Translations under genes and position numbers: made by a program
Source of the DNA: Oikopleura dioica
Taxonomy: Eukaryota; Animalia; Chordata
Reading direction: 5' to 3'
Assembly: GCA_907165135.1 (NCBI GenBank)
Contig: OU015569.1
Span: 8,618,001 to 8,682,000 of the forward strand
DNA: 64,000 nucleotides
In this document: piece by piece, positions 15,201 to 28,900 of the stretch
Numbering within the stretch: the first letter of the stretch is position 1
Layout of the letters: each line of letters starts with the position of its first letter
The notes under the pieces: model-generated
Database searches by the model: none
What the model saw: the letters and a program-made list of their open reading frames with translations, nothing else
What the model was told of the DNA's origin: nothing

Positions 15201-18200
15201 CGAGCTTTTGCAACTTCAACGATGGTAACCTGTGGAATTTCTCCTTTTTTGAAGATGAAGTAATCCCTAACATACGTGTTTGGGTTGAGAAGCCTGTTTT
15301 TCGATCGATCCTGGAGACAGAGAACATTCCCAGGTGATGCTGTTAGCGAATAAAACTCGATGCCTTCTTCAAGAATATCAATAAACTTGACATCAGAGCC
15401 CACGTCGATCTGATTTGGGATCATATGATCGTACGGCCCAAAACAGGTAAGCTTCTTTGCCCCGTAGACAACGGAGAATAATGATATCTTGCAGTTTTCT
15501 TTTTTAAACGTTGCTTTCAACTGCTTGAGTGTTACCCCTTCAATATTCGGGAGTACCAATTGGAGTATTAATATGAGTTGTTCCATTCGATGTCGCTCAA
15601 GCTCATCGCCGTTGCGAGTAATCATGGTCATGAGCCCAACAACGTAGTTTGCGATCGTCTTTGTTGTTTGAGCGCTTAGATTCCATGAGTCTTTCGATCC
15701 GCCAATTGCAAGAACAAGATCATAGATTTTTGATACTGGTTCAGCGCTCGTCTGCGTTCTTGATATAATCTTTTCCGTTACCGATCGAAGGAGGAGAAAA
15801 CAATCTTCAGTTAAGAACTTTTTAAATAGATCTTTTGCAATTAAGTTCACCGGGATATTTTTGTGGAGTTCGGGAGAATCTACCAGATAGAAGAGTTTTG
15901 GCAAAATATTTTGCAATGCCGTTGGGAAAACTTGACTGGGAACGTCGTCCTTGAAATGATAGGATCTATCAAAATTATCGTTGTTGATATCATTTCCGCT
16001 GTCTGTCAGGTTGTTTTCGTCCACCATCGTTCCCATCGAGGTGATTGACATAAGTCTGGAGCTAAATCGCCGCGATCCCTCTTCTTCGTCATCCATAGAC
16101 CCAACTGAGCGATAGTAGTGTTGATTTATAGAATCCTGAATGGACAAATTCGTCAATGAATACTTCTGCCGCTTGTTTTGCTTCTCCTCTTGTTCCTTTT
16201 TGAAAGTTTTTTCTTGTTCGCTTTTCTTTGTAGAAGACGGATTCGACTTAAGAAGATCAGCGTTGAGGATCCCTTCAGCATACATTTTTTCGAAATCGTT
16301 GTATTCGTTCATCCACGGCGCATCTGGCGCTTCCTCCGGATAGTCACCAAGCGGTGGGTTCGGCAACGCTATATTTACTGCTAAGCTTGGTAGTTTAAAA
16401 TGACGGGCTACTCGCTTATCAACATGAGACCAAACATGCGATCTCATATTCCAGAGAATCTCCATCTTCTCGAGCAATTCTGCGGGTGGGTCTTTTTCCA
16501 AGCAAAGTTTCAAAAAGGCTGGTATGGTTTCTTTTAGTCTATGGCAGGCGAGAAGAATGAAAACGGCAGCAAGCTTAGATGCCTTATCGTTGCGAAGCGT
16601 GATTATTTTCCAACACGGATAGATGGCAAACTGCATCGTCGCGTTCGATATTTCGTGGATAGATTCCACTAAAACGCTTAAACAAGCAACAGGAACTTTT
16701 TCTATTATTTGGTGAGCTTCTTGTACAATGGCCTTCTTGTTTCCGGCAAAGCAGTCGATTTTGTCTAAGTAATTATCGCTTAGAAGAAGCAATATGAGTG
16801 AGCCGAGCGTTTCGGTCACTTGTCTCGTCGCAACATAGCAGTTCATAAAGCATTCTCCGTTTTTGTGGTCACAATCGAAGCTGAAGTCCGACAAGAAATG
16901 ACCCATCAAGTTAATGTAACTTTGAGATGGTCCTTTCGGAGTATGATCGAGAGAAGATCCACGAAGGCTCTTCAAATTAAGAGATTTTCGATTGGGTTCC
17001 GAATGCTCGTTCAGGTCGGCGGAAGGGTTAGATATGATGTTCGAATTTAATTCAATTGGAAGATCTTTGTCTTTAAATCCCCAGCGAGAGAAAAACTGCT
17101 TCATTCCGAGTGCACCGTGAGTATAAAGAATATCAAGCTTGTTTTTTGCATGCCTTGATCCTCCCAAAGAATCGTTATCCTCATCTTGATTCTTGTAATG
17201 CGGCCCGTGTCTACCGCGACGTTTTGGTAAATGCAGCTGTGCTTTTTTACACTTTGCCTTTGACGCTTGTAAATTCGCCTCTCGAATAAACGCCACTAAT
17301 TCCGAAAGCAGTATGAGCCCAAAGTTACGAATCCATCTTTTCGAAGCAACCTTATCGATTTCTTTATTTGTGAGGAAGGTAGACACCGTTGGCATCGAGA
17401 TTTTTTTCTGGTCATCAGCGATTGGTTCCTCTAAGATAGAAGTAATCTTCTCTGCCCAGTTTTGAAATTGATTCTTGAGCTCCAATCTTGTTTCTTCGCT
17501 ATGAGCTTGGTGAAAGCCAGAATTCTCGCTTTGATAGGTGCGTTGCAAGCATATGAGATTCTGGCGAACATATTGGGTCAGTTCAACAAGTGTGACCACT
17601 CTAACAAAGACAGGCGCGTCCATGTTGAATATCTGCGCGATGAAATTTCCATCAGGTAAAGAATTCGCATTCATAAGCCCTAGAACTGTCCTAAGAATAC
17701 CAATGCCTTCGCAAATTTTTTCCAAATCTAGTTTCAGCGCATCTGACGAGTGAATGGGCACTAAGTGGGGGTATTTATTTTGATCGATCTACATATGCTT
17801 AAAATAATTGACCCGATACGAATGGAATAGGTTCATTGATCTCATTAGACGAAATGGGAAGACCGAGATGAGCTGGACGACGTGTGGCATTTAGCGTGCT
17901 GTATTTATTTCGAATAAGATCTTCTTCTGTCATCCGTCTGTTGAATGCTTTCAATGTGAAACTTTATCCAAGACTTGATAATCATTTACAATTGAAAGCC
18001 TCTCCTTGAACTACTGAATACATTAAACTTAGACTTTTTAATCGATAAGAATTTTTGGTTGTCTCTCACTTCTGGAGCCTTTTCATTATCATCTGACTTC
18101 GTATTTTGCACCATCTCAGTAAGTCTTCTTATCATCGAGCGCCCAACTCCCGCTTTGCAGTCTGACGGATTGCGGCTTTTTGATTCGGCTGCATCGTCAT

Positions 18201-20510
18201 TGGCGTTTCGTGAGCTTGAACAATCTGACGGAGAATGACCCGCGGGTCTGCTTGAATCTTGCTTCTTCAAAGATAGATCTCTGATCTGGCGAATCTTTTT
18301 TATTCTTATTGCGTCTTTCTTGCCTTGGATCAAAATATCAAAGAATATCTCACAGAAAACTTTTGGATGTTGATAACGGATGTAATTGATGAGACTGCCA
18401 GGAGTGTGCAAACTGTTTTTCCCGATTTCGTTGAACTTTTCGCCGATCTTCAAAATTACATCCCTCATATGGGTCCTCAAGAACGCATGCTGAACGCGAT
18501 TAAGCTTGTGATTTTTCACATTGTCAAAGTTTCGGCAGGTTTCGAGAACTTTATGAAGCATTTTTAGAATCCACTCGATCGGTCTTGACTTTATCAAGCG
18601 CTTCAAAACCTGCTCAGACTCGCCTTCGCACTCATGAATAATGTGATCAAGCTTCTCTAGCAGAATTCCACGGAATGGGTTCAAATTTGTTGCATTCTTT
18701 TGTCGCTCGCAGTTGCACGGCAATTTCATCAACAAAATCAACCCAAGTTCGATAAGATTCTCCAAGTCGGAATTGTGATGCTCGACTTGTTCAAAAAGCC
18801 AGCAGTACAAACCGACAGCAGTTTCAATTAACTGCATGTTCGGTTGCAAGTCAGCGAAATTCTGCATGAAGTAGCTCAGGAGCATGTCGAGCTTCGGCAA
18901 ATTTGTCCTATCAAGAAATATAAAGGCGAAGTTTTTTTCATAAAGACCGGACTCAGTTGTGTATTTGACAGACGAGTCTGAGAGCCACTTTCTCTGCTCT
19001 ATTCGATTGTCGTCTTTGACGCCATTTTTCTTGTAGAGCAACATCGAGTGAATGACTAGCGACTCATCACCAGCTGGATCAATGATTGAAAATCTAGTTG
19101 CTTGGCTGTGTCCTTTTCCAGAGGGCACCAAGTGCCGTGAGCCAATTCTATTCAAATTGCGCACGTTTTGTGACATTCGTCTGACCGATCTCCGCAAGCT
19201 CTGTCGAATACTCGTTTGTCTTGAATGCATACGCTTTAACGAAACGGTCGTCCATCTTCTATGCGCGGTAAGTGAACGTGGCGAACAATGTTTCGTTGTT
19301 AGTCGAGAGCTCCTTCCACTTTCGCGATAAGAGGCTTCCGGAGAGGGACTTTCCGTCGCCAAGTTTTTGAAACTTTCAACTAGCCAAGGCGTCGAGATTT
19401 GTGCTATTAAACACTGTGACATCGGACTAGCTGAGATTGATTGTTTTTTCATTTTCTGGCGGACGTGTTTGTTCTTTTCCTCATCTTCAGAGTTCGATCG
19501 TGGAACTGTTATCGAGACTGCCCGTCTTTGAAGGGGCTCAGATTTTATAAGCCGCGTCGTGTCTCCTTCAGGATGCTGTCCAAATATCGAAGATAGACGT
19601 TTACGCAAGTATGAAAAGCACCAAAGACGACTTTCCGGGCATTTAACGAGTTTTCTGAACAATTATTTAACAAGCTTCAATAGGGAATATTTTCTGACCT
19701 ATCAATCGATTGCAAAACTGCGGCGTCGAGGCACGACAAAGGTGAGTTAATTCCTCTGCTCATCGTTTGGCGTACTCGGTCGATTTCCATGAAAGGTCGG
19801 TTGAATACTGCCAGGTCTGGCATATTTGCTTTCGAAAGGGAGCCCCAAAACGAAATTTGAATCTAAGTTAGTTTCTCATAAAAAGAACTTTAATCTTACA
19901 CACCTGATCTGAAAGGACCATTCGCAAAAAACTTTCAGAAGCATTTAGCTTACTAAAAAATGGTGAGAACTGGACAACAAAAAGTTGCAACGTAGCCAAA
20001 GGCAAGCGAATACCATCGTCGCCGGAGAGAATGACGGTCATTGTTTTGACGAGTTCTGTTTCTGCCTCCGTCAATGCAACCATTTGTCCGTCATTATTCT
20101 GACGATGTTTGAATGTATACGAGAGAGTAGTGAAAACATATGGCAGGGCTGTTTGGAGGAATTGTTCGCGGCTGTAGAATGTTAGCGCCGCCGTCAATGA
20201 TGGTGGGAGTCCTTTAACATTCGTTTCAGAAAGAACTTTCTTGAGAGAGGCACAAGCAGCATCTGTTTGACTGTTGAATTTATCCAATATAAATGGCGTT
20301 ATCTAAAGTTGGAAATGTACAACGAGTAGTCAATTTGCGTCCGTATTTTAACGATTATGAGACGTGATACTAGGCTATGAAATCCTGGATATTTTTTGGA
20401 ACCTGAGAGGTGAGGTATTTGTGAATATCTCTGGCATTCGCCGCTTCCTGGTCAGTTTCAGAAGCACTTATCTCAGAAGATGCGATACTCTTGAAAAAGG
20501 GGTTTCTCAT
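12275..20510 (-). CDS. unc80: UNC-80 (NALCN channel complex subunit), ~9 exons including the 558-, 1052-, 470- and 215-aa ORFs
   Basis: N-terminal VPKNIQDFI...DAACASLKKVLSE..KGLPPSLTAAL...TALPYV...AETELVKTM parallels UNC80 IPLPIQTFL...EASCVSFERVLVE..HGLSPALSEAI...AALPHV...AETKLLHTL. Internal FKLPSLAVNIALPNPPLG and NPNTYVRDYFIFKK match recalled UNC80 motifs. The last intron 12450-12493 (44 nt) is in phase. Confidence 0.85.
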
Positions 20511-20923
20511 TTTTACATAGGGGCTTTGAGATTCTTTGGTGTCAGAAGCATGAGACGGTAAAAATGCGATTTCATCGGCAGGCGAGAGTATGCCACTTTG
20601 ATTGCGTTATTTCCCAATTAAAATCGATTTTCTTGTTTGGCGAATGCCCTTATATTAACATACCAATATCAAAGTCATGTGATGTTACTCGAGTAGATCG
20701 AGAAGTGTATTTCGTATTTATAGTAATTTTACGCAGTAAGAGCAGCATAAAATCGCAAGAGCGACCAATTCGATCGTGCAGGGAATCCAAAGAGTGTCTG
20801 TTTTTTTAATGATAGCGTAAAAGTTTATAAGTGCCAAGAGGAAAATCATGAATGCCAGTATCAAAAATGTCTTCTATGGCTAAAATTTTCTCAAAACACT
20901 TAATTATTTTATCTCTAATTATA

Positions 20924-21711
20924 TTAACGCTTGAACGCATATTGCGCAGATTTCTGCGCAGAGAACCTTTTAAGCTCGATAACTCAAACTTTACTTGAGC
21001 AAAATTTAAAATGAACCCCCACTTTTCGGACTCTTTTTCGATGAGGAATCTGAATCTGTAATCAAAAAATCTTTTTGACCTCAGGTAAAAATTTTGGCTT
21101 CAGAGCGAAAATTTCCGTCGATTTCAAATCCTCAAAATTTTACAAGTAAACTGACTCTTTTTGACGAAATCAGTTATTTTTTCATGGTTTATTTAAATTT
21201 TAGTAAAAGCTTACCTCTTAGAAGGATCAAAATGACGACTTATTCTTAAAATAATACCTTCTTTTGCATTTGATTCGATCAAACTTGAGAAAATGGCATA
21301 TTTTTGGGTAATACTCGAAATCACCTGTTCTAGCTAGGTTCAGGTTAGGGTGAGGCCTCAAAACTATATTTTTCTTGTCGCCAAGCGTCTCAGCTTTAAT
21401 CAGGTACTTTCAATATTCTAAAAATCTTTTAATAAGTCGACGCTAGAACCCTTCAAAGGCACTGCGCAGAAATCTGCGCAATATGCGTTCAGCGAAACTT
21501 TTCAAACGTGCGTTCAAGCGTTAACCCCTAAACCCATTCTGCCCAATTAATTGGGCATCGCGCCCTTTTAGTGTATAAATATGAATTAAATAAATGGGTT
21601 CTAGCCTAGAACTTCTAGGAATCAAGTTTATTCCTCCTGTCGACAGTTAAGCCAATTAATTGACCGTATTTAGGTTCAGCGAAATTTAAAAATTATGCGT
21701 TCAGGGGTTAA
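20924..21711. mobile_element. Composite non-autonomous TTAA-flanked element(s), piggyBac-like MITE
   Basis: TTAAcgcttgaacgca (20924) is inverted to tgcgttcaagcgTTAA (ending 21524) and to tgcgttcaggggTTAA (ending 21711). Subterminal tgcgcagatttctgcgca / tgcgcagaaatctgcgca inverted repeats are also present. Confidence 0.7.
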
Positions 21712-22234
21712 TTAATGATTATTCTTTCTCAGTAAAAGTTTTTAGCCATTCCAATGTATCTTCTAATGTGAGATTTTTTAAATCTTGCTTTATTTTCCTG
21801 AATCTCTCTTGCATTGTCATCAGCCTGGGTTTCTCTACTGGCTGCTTTTGACTCTTGCCCTCCATTTTGTCTTTTGTAAGAAATTCTATCCGATTTTTTG
21901 TGTGCGATGGAAATAATGCTGCACCCTTGCAAAGGTTATTTTACGAATGCGATCATTAAAAACAACAATAATTTATCGTGCGGATAATAACTTTTACTGG
22001 GTAGTCAATGATACACCTGTTATAATGGGGGAATAACTTAAAACTTTCCCGCTGCATCGTTAATAATGATGAGTGAGATAGAAACATGTTCCCTCGTCAA
22101 ATCAATTCATGAAAGTATTTCGATAATTATTTCGAGATTAACTTGACAGTTACGACATAAACCCCCGATAGCAATTTTGATGATCGTGCTTTGATCATAC
22201 TTTACAAGTTTATTTCGAGTTTATTTCGTGAGCG

Positions 22235-24065
22235 TTATTTTCCATGATGACGAAGGTTCTTGAGAATGGCTTCGCGTTTTGAATCTTCAGCTTCTTTCTT
22301 TCCCCAAGCAACCAAGCCTATTTTTTCTTAGTCGAGAAACTTTTATCTCCTTTCATTACCTTTGAGCATAACTAGATATCCGCCATCATCATCCCCCTCT
22401 GGCTTCTTCTTTTTGCCATTCAAAGTTCTCGCCATTTTTGAAGCCTTAAATTCTCACCGATCAAAAATTATTATGGCAATTACCTGGACACAAAATGCAA
22501 AAGTAGGATGTGCTTCACGGAGACTATTTTTCGCTAGACTGAGCAAAGTATGAAGGTCAGAGCATTTGAGCTCTTCAGCCGCTTCCTACATCAATTCAAT
22601 TTTGTCTAGCCTGGAGGATTTCTTACATAGATTTCGGAATATTTTATGATGACAGGAGAAGGCAGCATTTGCAGAGTTCGAATAGCTTTGCGAGTCTCGC
22701 TAAAACGCCTTGAGGAGATTAGAAGCGGCTTTAAACTTTACCCCCAGGTGTAAAAGGCCATCACCGCGTAGAAAGGAACGAGCACCACGTTCAGGGTACA
22801 TATGATCGCCACTACGAGGCGAACTAATTCCACCCCTTGCATCGAACACAGAACGGCTATCCAGATATTGGTGAATAATTCACGTGCTGCCTGTATTAGA
22901 GCGCTATTTCTCCAATAACTTTCCTGGTCGGATTGTTTGGTCCTTGTTGTTTTCAGAAACTGTCCAGTCCAAGAGACAATTGAACGAACTCTGGTACTCT
23001 TTGACATACGTGATGAAGAGAAAATATGTGCAGACCACAGAAATGATCACATGTAGCCATCTTCTTATCGAGTATCCACTAAAAATGATTCTTTTCAAGA
23101 ATTAACTCATCATATGGTCTTACATGCTTAAACTATTGGATTTGGCAAGAGAGAGGAGAAACTTTTGATAGCTCTCAAATTTTTCGTTCAGGTTGGGATC
23201 CTTCTTGAGTTCTTTGGCCAAAACTTGGTAGACAGTTTCTTCGTCCGTGGTTCTCTCGAGTCGCCGACCTTTGTAGCCTTCTAACGATTTCGCCAGGCCG
23301 CCGATTGTCATCGTCAGTCCTTCTTCCATTCCACCCATCAGAAAGTCCAACTAAAATACAATTAAAAGCGCTTTCAAGCGCGTAGTTCTTACTTGATCGC
23401 GAGTTTTCGTTGCAAACATTCTACTCCAAATCAGAAAGGGTAGAAACATCAGGGCTGCGTAGGCCATCATTACATACGGGAACACTTTGAGTAATTCCAA
23501 AGACTAAAGCGAGTGTTTATATTGTTCAAATAGGCTTGCTTTATACAAGCTTATTTTCTGAATAATTGCTCACACGAAGAGGAAACCTTAATTTGATCTG
23601 CCTTCCCTTCGTCGAAAACAGAAATCGCCTGCCCCGAAATATTCGCTTTCTTGACTGGAAACGATTTGAAATTCTCCCAGCAATAGTTTTGCATGTAAAA
23701 CATTTCGGTAAATCCATCGCCAGCGACTCCAGAGACGCCATTAAGTTTGTATCCGCTAGAAACAGGCGGTGCGCATAAGAGACCCGAGCTCTGTCCTATA
23801 TTCGGCGCGTACTGGCGCGTGAAAACGACGAGAATAATAGGAGCTGCTACAGATACGAATGTCACGAATTTGTCTACCGCATACTGAGTCGTTTTTGCCG
23901 CTTGCCGATCGATTTCGAAAAATTGAAATTAATAATTTTTTGTGTATTCGAATAAAACATTTTCAAAAAAAAAAGTTCATCACAGAGTTTTCCGAAATCC
24001 GATCCTTGAGAGGCTTTGTCAGCTCCGGCCTGGCCCCAAATCCAGGTCGCTGCGTCTTGGATCAT
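22235..24065 (-). CDS. panx: Pannexin (innexin/pannexin family large-pore channel), ~9 short exons
   Basis: The spliced product reads MIQDAATWIW...YAVDKFVTFVSVAAPIILV...LLCAPP...NYCW...KVFPYVMMAYAALMFLPFLIW...LDFLMGGMEE...RRWLHVII...SSFNCLL...VLCSMQGVELVRL...LQMLPS. This is collinear with PANX1 (AVDKMVT, ISCFSP, SYCW, KFFPYILL, EFVCSI, FQCKL, YEILPT). Each extracellular loop has two Cys. Confidence 0.85.
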
Positions 24066-24483
24066 TTCTCTCAAGAAATAGACTCATAGTAAGTCGAGCG
24101 TCCGTCACACGCTGAGTCTGCTTATCACTTTAAGTTATCACTTCTTAAGTATAGTTCATTGCCAGTGTTCCTCTAATCTGTTAAAAGAGCCATTTGCTTA
24201 AAATAAGATTTACTAAAGCTTCATCATAGTGAATTTTTTTTCTGATTTTCAGATTATATCATTTTTGTCATCTCAGTTACATTAAACAATATTTAAATCC
24301 CCAATTTTCCTGGGCAAAATTCATGCTGAATAATTCATACCTTTGAGTGTTCAACCATGAATCTATATATTATTTATCAATAATGCTAGAAGATATGAAA
24401 TCGCCGGAGGGCGGGGTCGACATTCGTTAGCCGCACCATAAAAACTTCGGAATAATACGAAATATACTACAGTCGCCCCCAAA

Positions 24484-25726
24484 ATGCCCGTTCCAAATAT
24501 TATCAAACATAAAAAGAAAAAGAGAAGAGTTAAGAAAGTGATCCCTGTTCCAGAGGATATTGAGAGTCAAGAAGATGACTCGGACGAAGAAGAAATTGAT
24601 GGTTTCAGTGGAATTATTGAATATTTCGAAGAATCAATTGATATTTGGTCATTTCTATCAGCCACAATTTACTTTCTGCTTTCTTTTGCACTTCCATTTT
24701 TGAACAAGGTAAAACAAATCAGAGAAAAACATTCGACTGCTCACTATTTCTATTTAGACCCTTTTGGTCAGCTTTAATTTCCACGGCATCATCTTTTTGC
24801 TTCTGATCCAATGCTTGGTCACGATCTCAGTTTTGGACATCACTTCAAATTTTTCTAAAATCTTCACACGAAAGATCTCGCCTGTTGACTGCTTCTGTTG
24901 TTGGAAGCTTTCTTTATATTCCTGTGGCAATGTGTACTTTTCGCTGCATTCCTTGAGAGGATTGAACATAGCAGTTATTGGTGAGAGAGGTCTCAATAAA
25001 TGCAAGGAATAAATTTATTTTAGACATGATAAAGCGACTGGGGCCCCTAGTAAACCTCTTCCTTTCTGGGGCTGTTCTTCAGCGTAAAGTGACCCTCGAT
25101 TATTCGTCCATTGCGATAGCGATGACAACATTTGGCTGTTTTATCGGAATAATGGGGACAACCCTCGGAAAGGCCACCCTTGGACTATATGGCTTAGTAT
25201 TCATTGCTGTACTTTTGCAGAGTCTTTATCAGACGGAAGCTGAGCGTCTTGGCACTGTGAAAGGATTTTCAAGGAACGGTTCTTCAATATTCTTTTTATT
25301 CTTTCGCCCATGAAACAACAATTAAAGTAACAAATATTGCGAACTCATTGAAGCTGGGATATGCTTTACATCAACTCAGTCAATTCACTTCCAGTTCTGA
25401 TGTTCCTGGCAATTTTGAGCTGGCCAGAATTCTCCAAAATATTTCATTCTGACTTGTGGCGCGACCATACATTTGTCTTTCTCTTCCTGCTCGTCGTTTT
25501 CTGTGGATTCTTCTTGAACGCAGCGCTTTTTGCCTGTTTGAAGTTCAACACCGCGATTACGACTTCGGTGGTGGGAACCTTGAAGGGCATACTTGCTGCG
25601 TTCGTTAGTTTATTCGGCTATGACAAGCCCAAAGTAGCTCACCAATTTCTTGTGGGCCTCTCAATGAATCTCGTTGGAGCTCTTTCTTATGTGCACTCGA
25701 AGCTCCTTGCTCAGCGGGCAAAATAA
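24484..25726 (+). CDS. SLC35D-family nucleotide-sugar transporter, multi-exon
   Basis: Multi-TM product with motifs LPFLNK, FLLLIQC, SLHSLRGLNI, IKRLGPLV, LLQSLY, MLYINSVNSLP, CLKFNTAITTSVVGTLK and GALSYVHSK, typical of the SLC35D/TPT-type drug-metabolite transporter fold. Confidence 0.75.
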
Positions 25727-25948
25727 TTTATATTAATCGACTTCTGTATAAAATGAACCTATAGACTGAAAATAAATATTTACAATAAAAAAATTCATTG
25801 TTTAAAAAATTCGTGTAAAAATATTTATTAAAGTAGAAAAATAACTTATCGACAGTGGAGAGAATGAACTTTGGAAGAATTGAATTGAGCGCAGCTTGAG
25901 ATAGGGTCCGTTGATGGAAACTTGTTATTTTGAGCTTATATACAGAAT

Positions 25949-28900
25949 CTACAGATAGCCGTAGTGTTTATATTGAGCTGATCGCATAAGTTCACGTGAA
26001 CCACGGTCGACTTTTGTGGACGCTCGTTCTACCTTTCGCAAACGCCTGTCCAGATCTGCGTCATAAACTTGAACATTTGACGATGCTCGCAGGAGTGTTC
26101 CTCTTCTGGAGGACCGTCTAACAAATTTGATTATCAAAGTAACGATTACTAGTTACCTGTCTCGGTCCGAGTTCGTGTCGGAAGTGTAGTCTACTCTGAG
26201 TCGTCCAGATTTAGTTTTCGATCTTGGAGCTTCGTCCGCAATCAACGTCAGATTAGGCGTAGAGCCAGCAAAGGGACTAAAACTGAGTTTGAACATCATG
26301 TGACCCTTGTGAGAATCACTACCTTTTATTAGGCAAAAGCCAAAGAGGCATTCCGCTTTGCGAGTCAACTGGAAACGGCATGTATTGAAATCCTGCGGTT
26401 CCGGCAGGAACTGGCTAAGAGAAGATATTTACCATTTCCACCTTGGAAAGCCCAACCTGTGGCATGAGGGGAACACCTTGTGATCGCGGAATTGAGTGTG
26501 TTTGCGATCGCCTAGGTGACTGGGAGCGGCGGGGAGGAGACGAAATGTGCTCTTGCTCGTGTGGATCTGTTAAGTTTCCATCTGTCTCTCCATTCACCGA
26601 AGATGCTCGCGATCTAGAGTTAAAGTTCATCTTTTGAACGAACGATTTTTTAAATTATAAACTGTAAATTTAGCAGCCTATATCGAAAAAAACCTATTTT
26701 TAGGCGTTGCAATTTTGTACAAATCTTCTCGCAGCCCTTTGATTTCCTTTCGTAATTTTGCAAAAATAGAGTTTGTTTTTCTTGAACTACGCGTTTCGAA
26801 GTCGCTGTCATCAAAATTCGTGCTGCTTTCGACACCGCTAGATGCCCTGATGATGGGTTTATGCGCACTTCTGATGCTCATTTCGTTTTCATGTTTCTGA
26901 CGTTCTAGCTGTCCTTTTAGCTTGTCGATTTCTTCTTTGAGGTAGACGTACTCGGTTGGCGGTGGCTGAGGTGCACTTTCTGCCGCAATGTTTTGTCGTG
27001 ATGATCTTAATCTTCATATGAAATCAAGGGATATCTTGAGGCATTAACCTTAACGACCTTCTTCCCTTTGGAGATTTCTGTCGTCTTCTGTTTCTCACTA
27101 CAGTTTCTGCATCTGTAGCTGACTCTGAATAAACACTCATCTCGTCATCACTTTGGTTCAAGTTGCGAATATCCCCAGTTGATCGATATTTGCTAAAAAC
27201 ATTAATAAAGATAAAAATATATAAAAAGGACCTTAGTCTTTCTTTAGGTTGATCAGTTCTTCTTTGAGAGTTATGTGATCGTTGTCGGGCAGCTGGTTGG
27301 TCTTTTTCAGTTTGGGTGACTGAATGTTTCATAATTGGCGCTGCAGAAATTCCGAAGCTAGTTGTTTTCCGCTCACTAGGAAAGATTTCTTCTTCGCTAC
27401 TTTTCCCAGGCACCATTTCTACGACTATTTTAGTATTTTCTACATATTATGGCTACTAGTCCAAGTCTGTAATATTCCTGTAATTCAATTCAGTGAGTAC
27501 CTGTTTTTCGTTGTTTATCGAACGGGTTTCTCTTGAGACTTTCACTTAGAGAATTGATTCTTCCATCGATGATATCCCGCGTCGAGGGGATCTTCGAGTT
27601 TCTGATTTCGGACATTCTAAGAAGTTTGTTACTCGGTTGACAAACGGATAAACTAAAATTCACTTAATTGCTCTTATAGTTGTTTGAGCTTCGCTTTATC
27701 GGAAGATAAACTCAAGCTCACGGACGTGTCAGCTTAGTTGAGCAAATTTGAGTTGATATCTTAGCAACCCCGCGGCTTTATTTTATCAGAGCTCAGCTCA
27801 TTCCATACTTCACACCCTTATTCATAAGTAAGCATTAGCAAACTTACGGTTTTGATGTCACCCGGGAATCAATGCCGGAATCTGCGAGGCTGTGCCCAGC
27901 CGCCTCATTGACAAGATTTGCTCGTGTTTTTTGAGGAGTTAAACTGCCTTTACGGCTACTTTGGTTTGGTTCATTTACATAATAAGGACTCTATATTAAA
28001 GAGTCTATAATGATATTTATACTAAAAAGTGGTGTTTCTTATTTATATAAATGAATAAACCGTCTCCTTTGACGGCTAGAGTTTGGCTGCGCTTTTTTCA
28101 CAGGAAGTTGACTGACGCTGTTTTTCGGTAAATGAGGAGAAGCGACAGGACTTGGCCTCGAGTTTCTTCGACGATATTTTTCTGCAGCTGGTTGAACAGG
28201 TATTCGAGAAGGACTTTCACATCTGTTTCTAAAGGTAATAGTAAGTATTTTACAGTTATTATTGATTATGTTTTCTTTCAGCAAGAATCTTTTAATCAAT
28301 TTTTATCCAAACAAAAAGAATGTATTATGCAGCATAATTTAAGTCAATGACCGAAAATTTTCGAGTACCTTAAATACTTTGGATCCCAAACCTTCAAGGA
28401 AGGCATCTGAAGTTAGAAAAGCAGCTTATTAGATCTCTTTTTATGAATTTTATCGAACAATTGAAGAAGACCTCTCTTCAAAAAATTGTTAGCGTAAATT
28501 TCAGTGTGGCGTTGTTCGGTGGCCGCGAACGGTGAGCGGTGGACACAGGCACAATTGAGCTTAGAACCACTTTTGAGCTATTGTCAATACTACTATACTC
28601 CTGCGGCAAACAAGACAAAAATTATTTTCCCGTCAGAGCTTCAGCGCTGAGAACGGGACTTCTTCATTCAGACATATCAGCACTTATTATTTTAGGCACA
28701 TTGAATAATTTACGTTTCCGAGTCTATCTACCAGAATGAGTTTTCATGAATTCTAATAGTGTTAAATTTTGAAACCTAGCATTTGTCTGGTATGTAAATC
28801 GAATTGAAGAACAACATTTTTATCCTGTTTTCAAAATATTGAAGCAAAGTTTATCTTCTGGCTCAATAAAATCTGATATTTGGAAAGTGACAAGTTCCAT

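Noticed and set aside
13348-20185. Plus-strand ORFs across UNC-80
   Set aside because: Antisense shadows of the long minus-strand exons.
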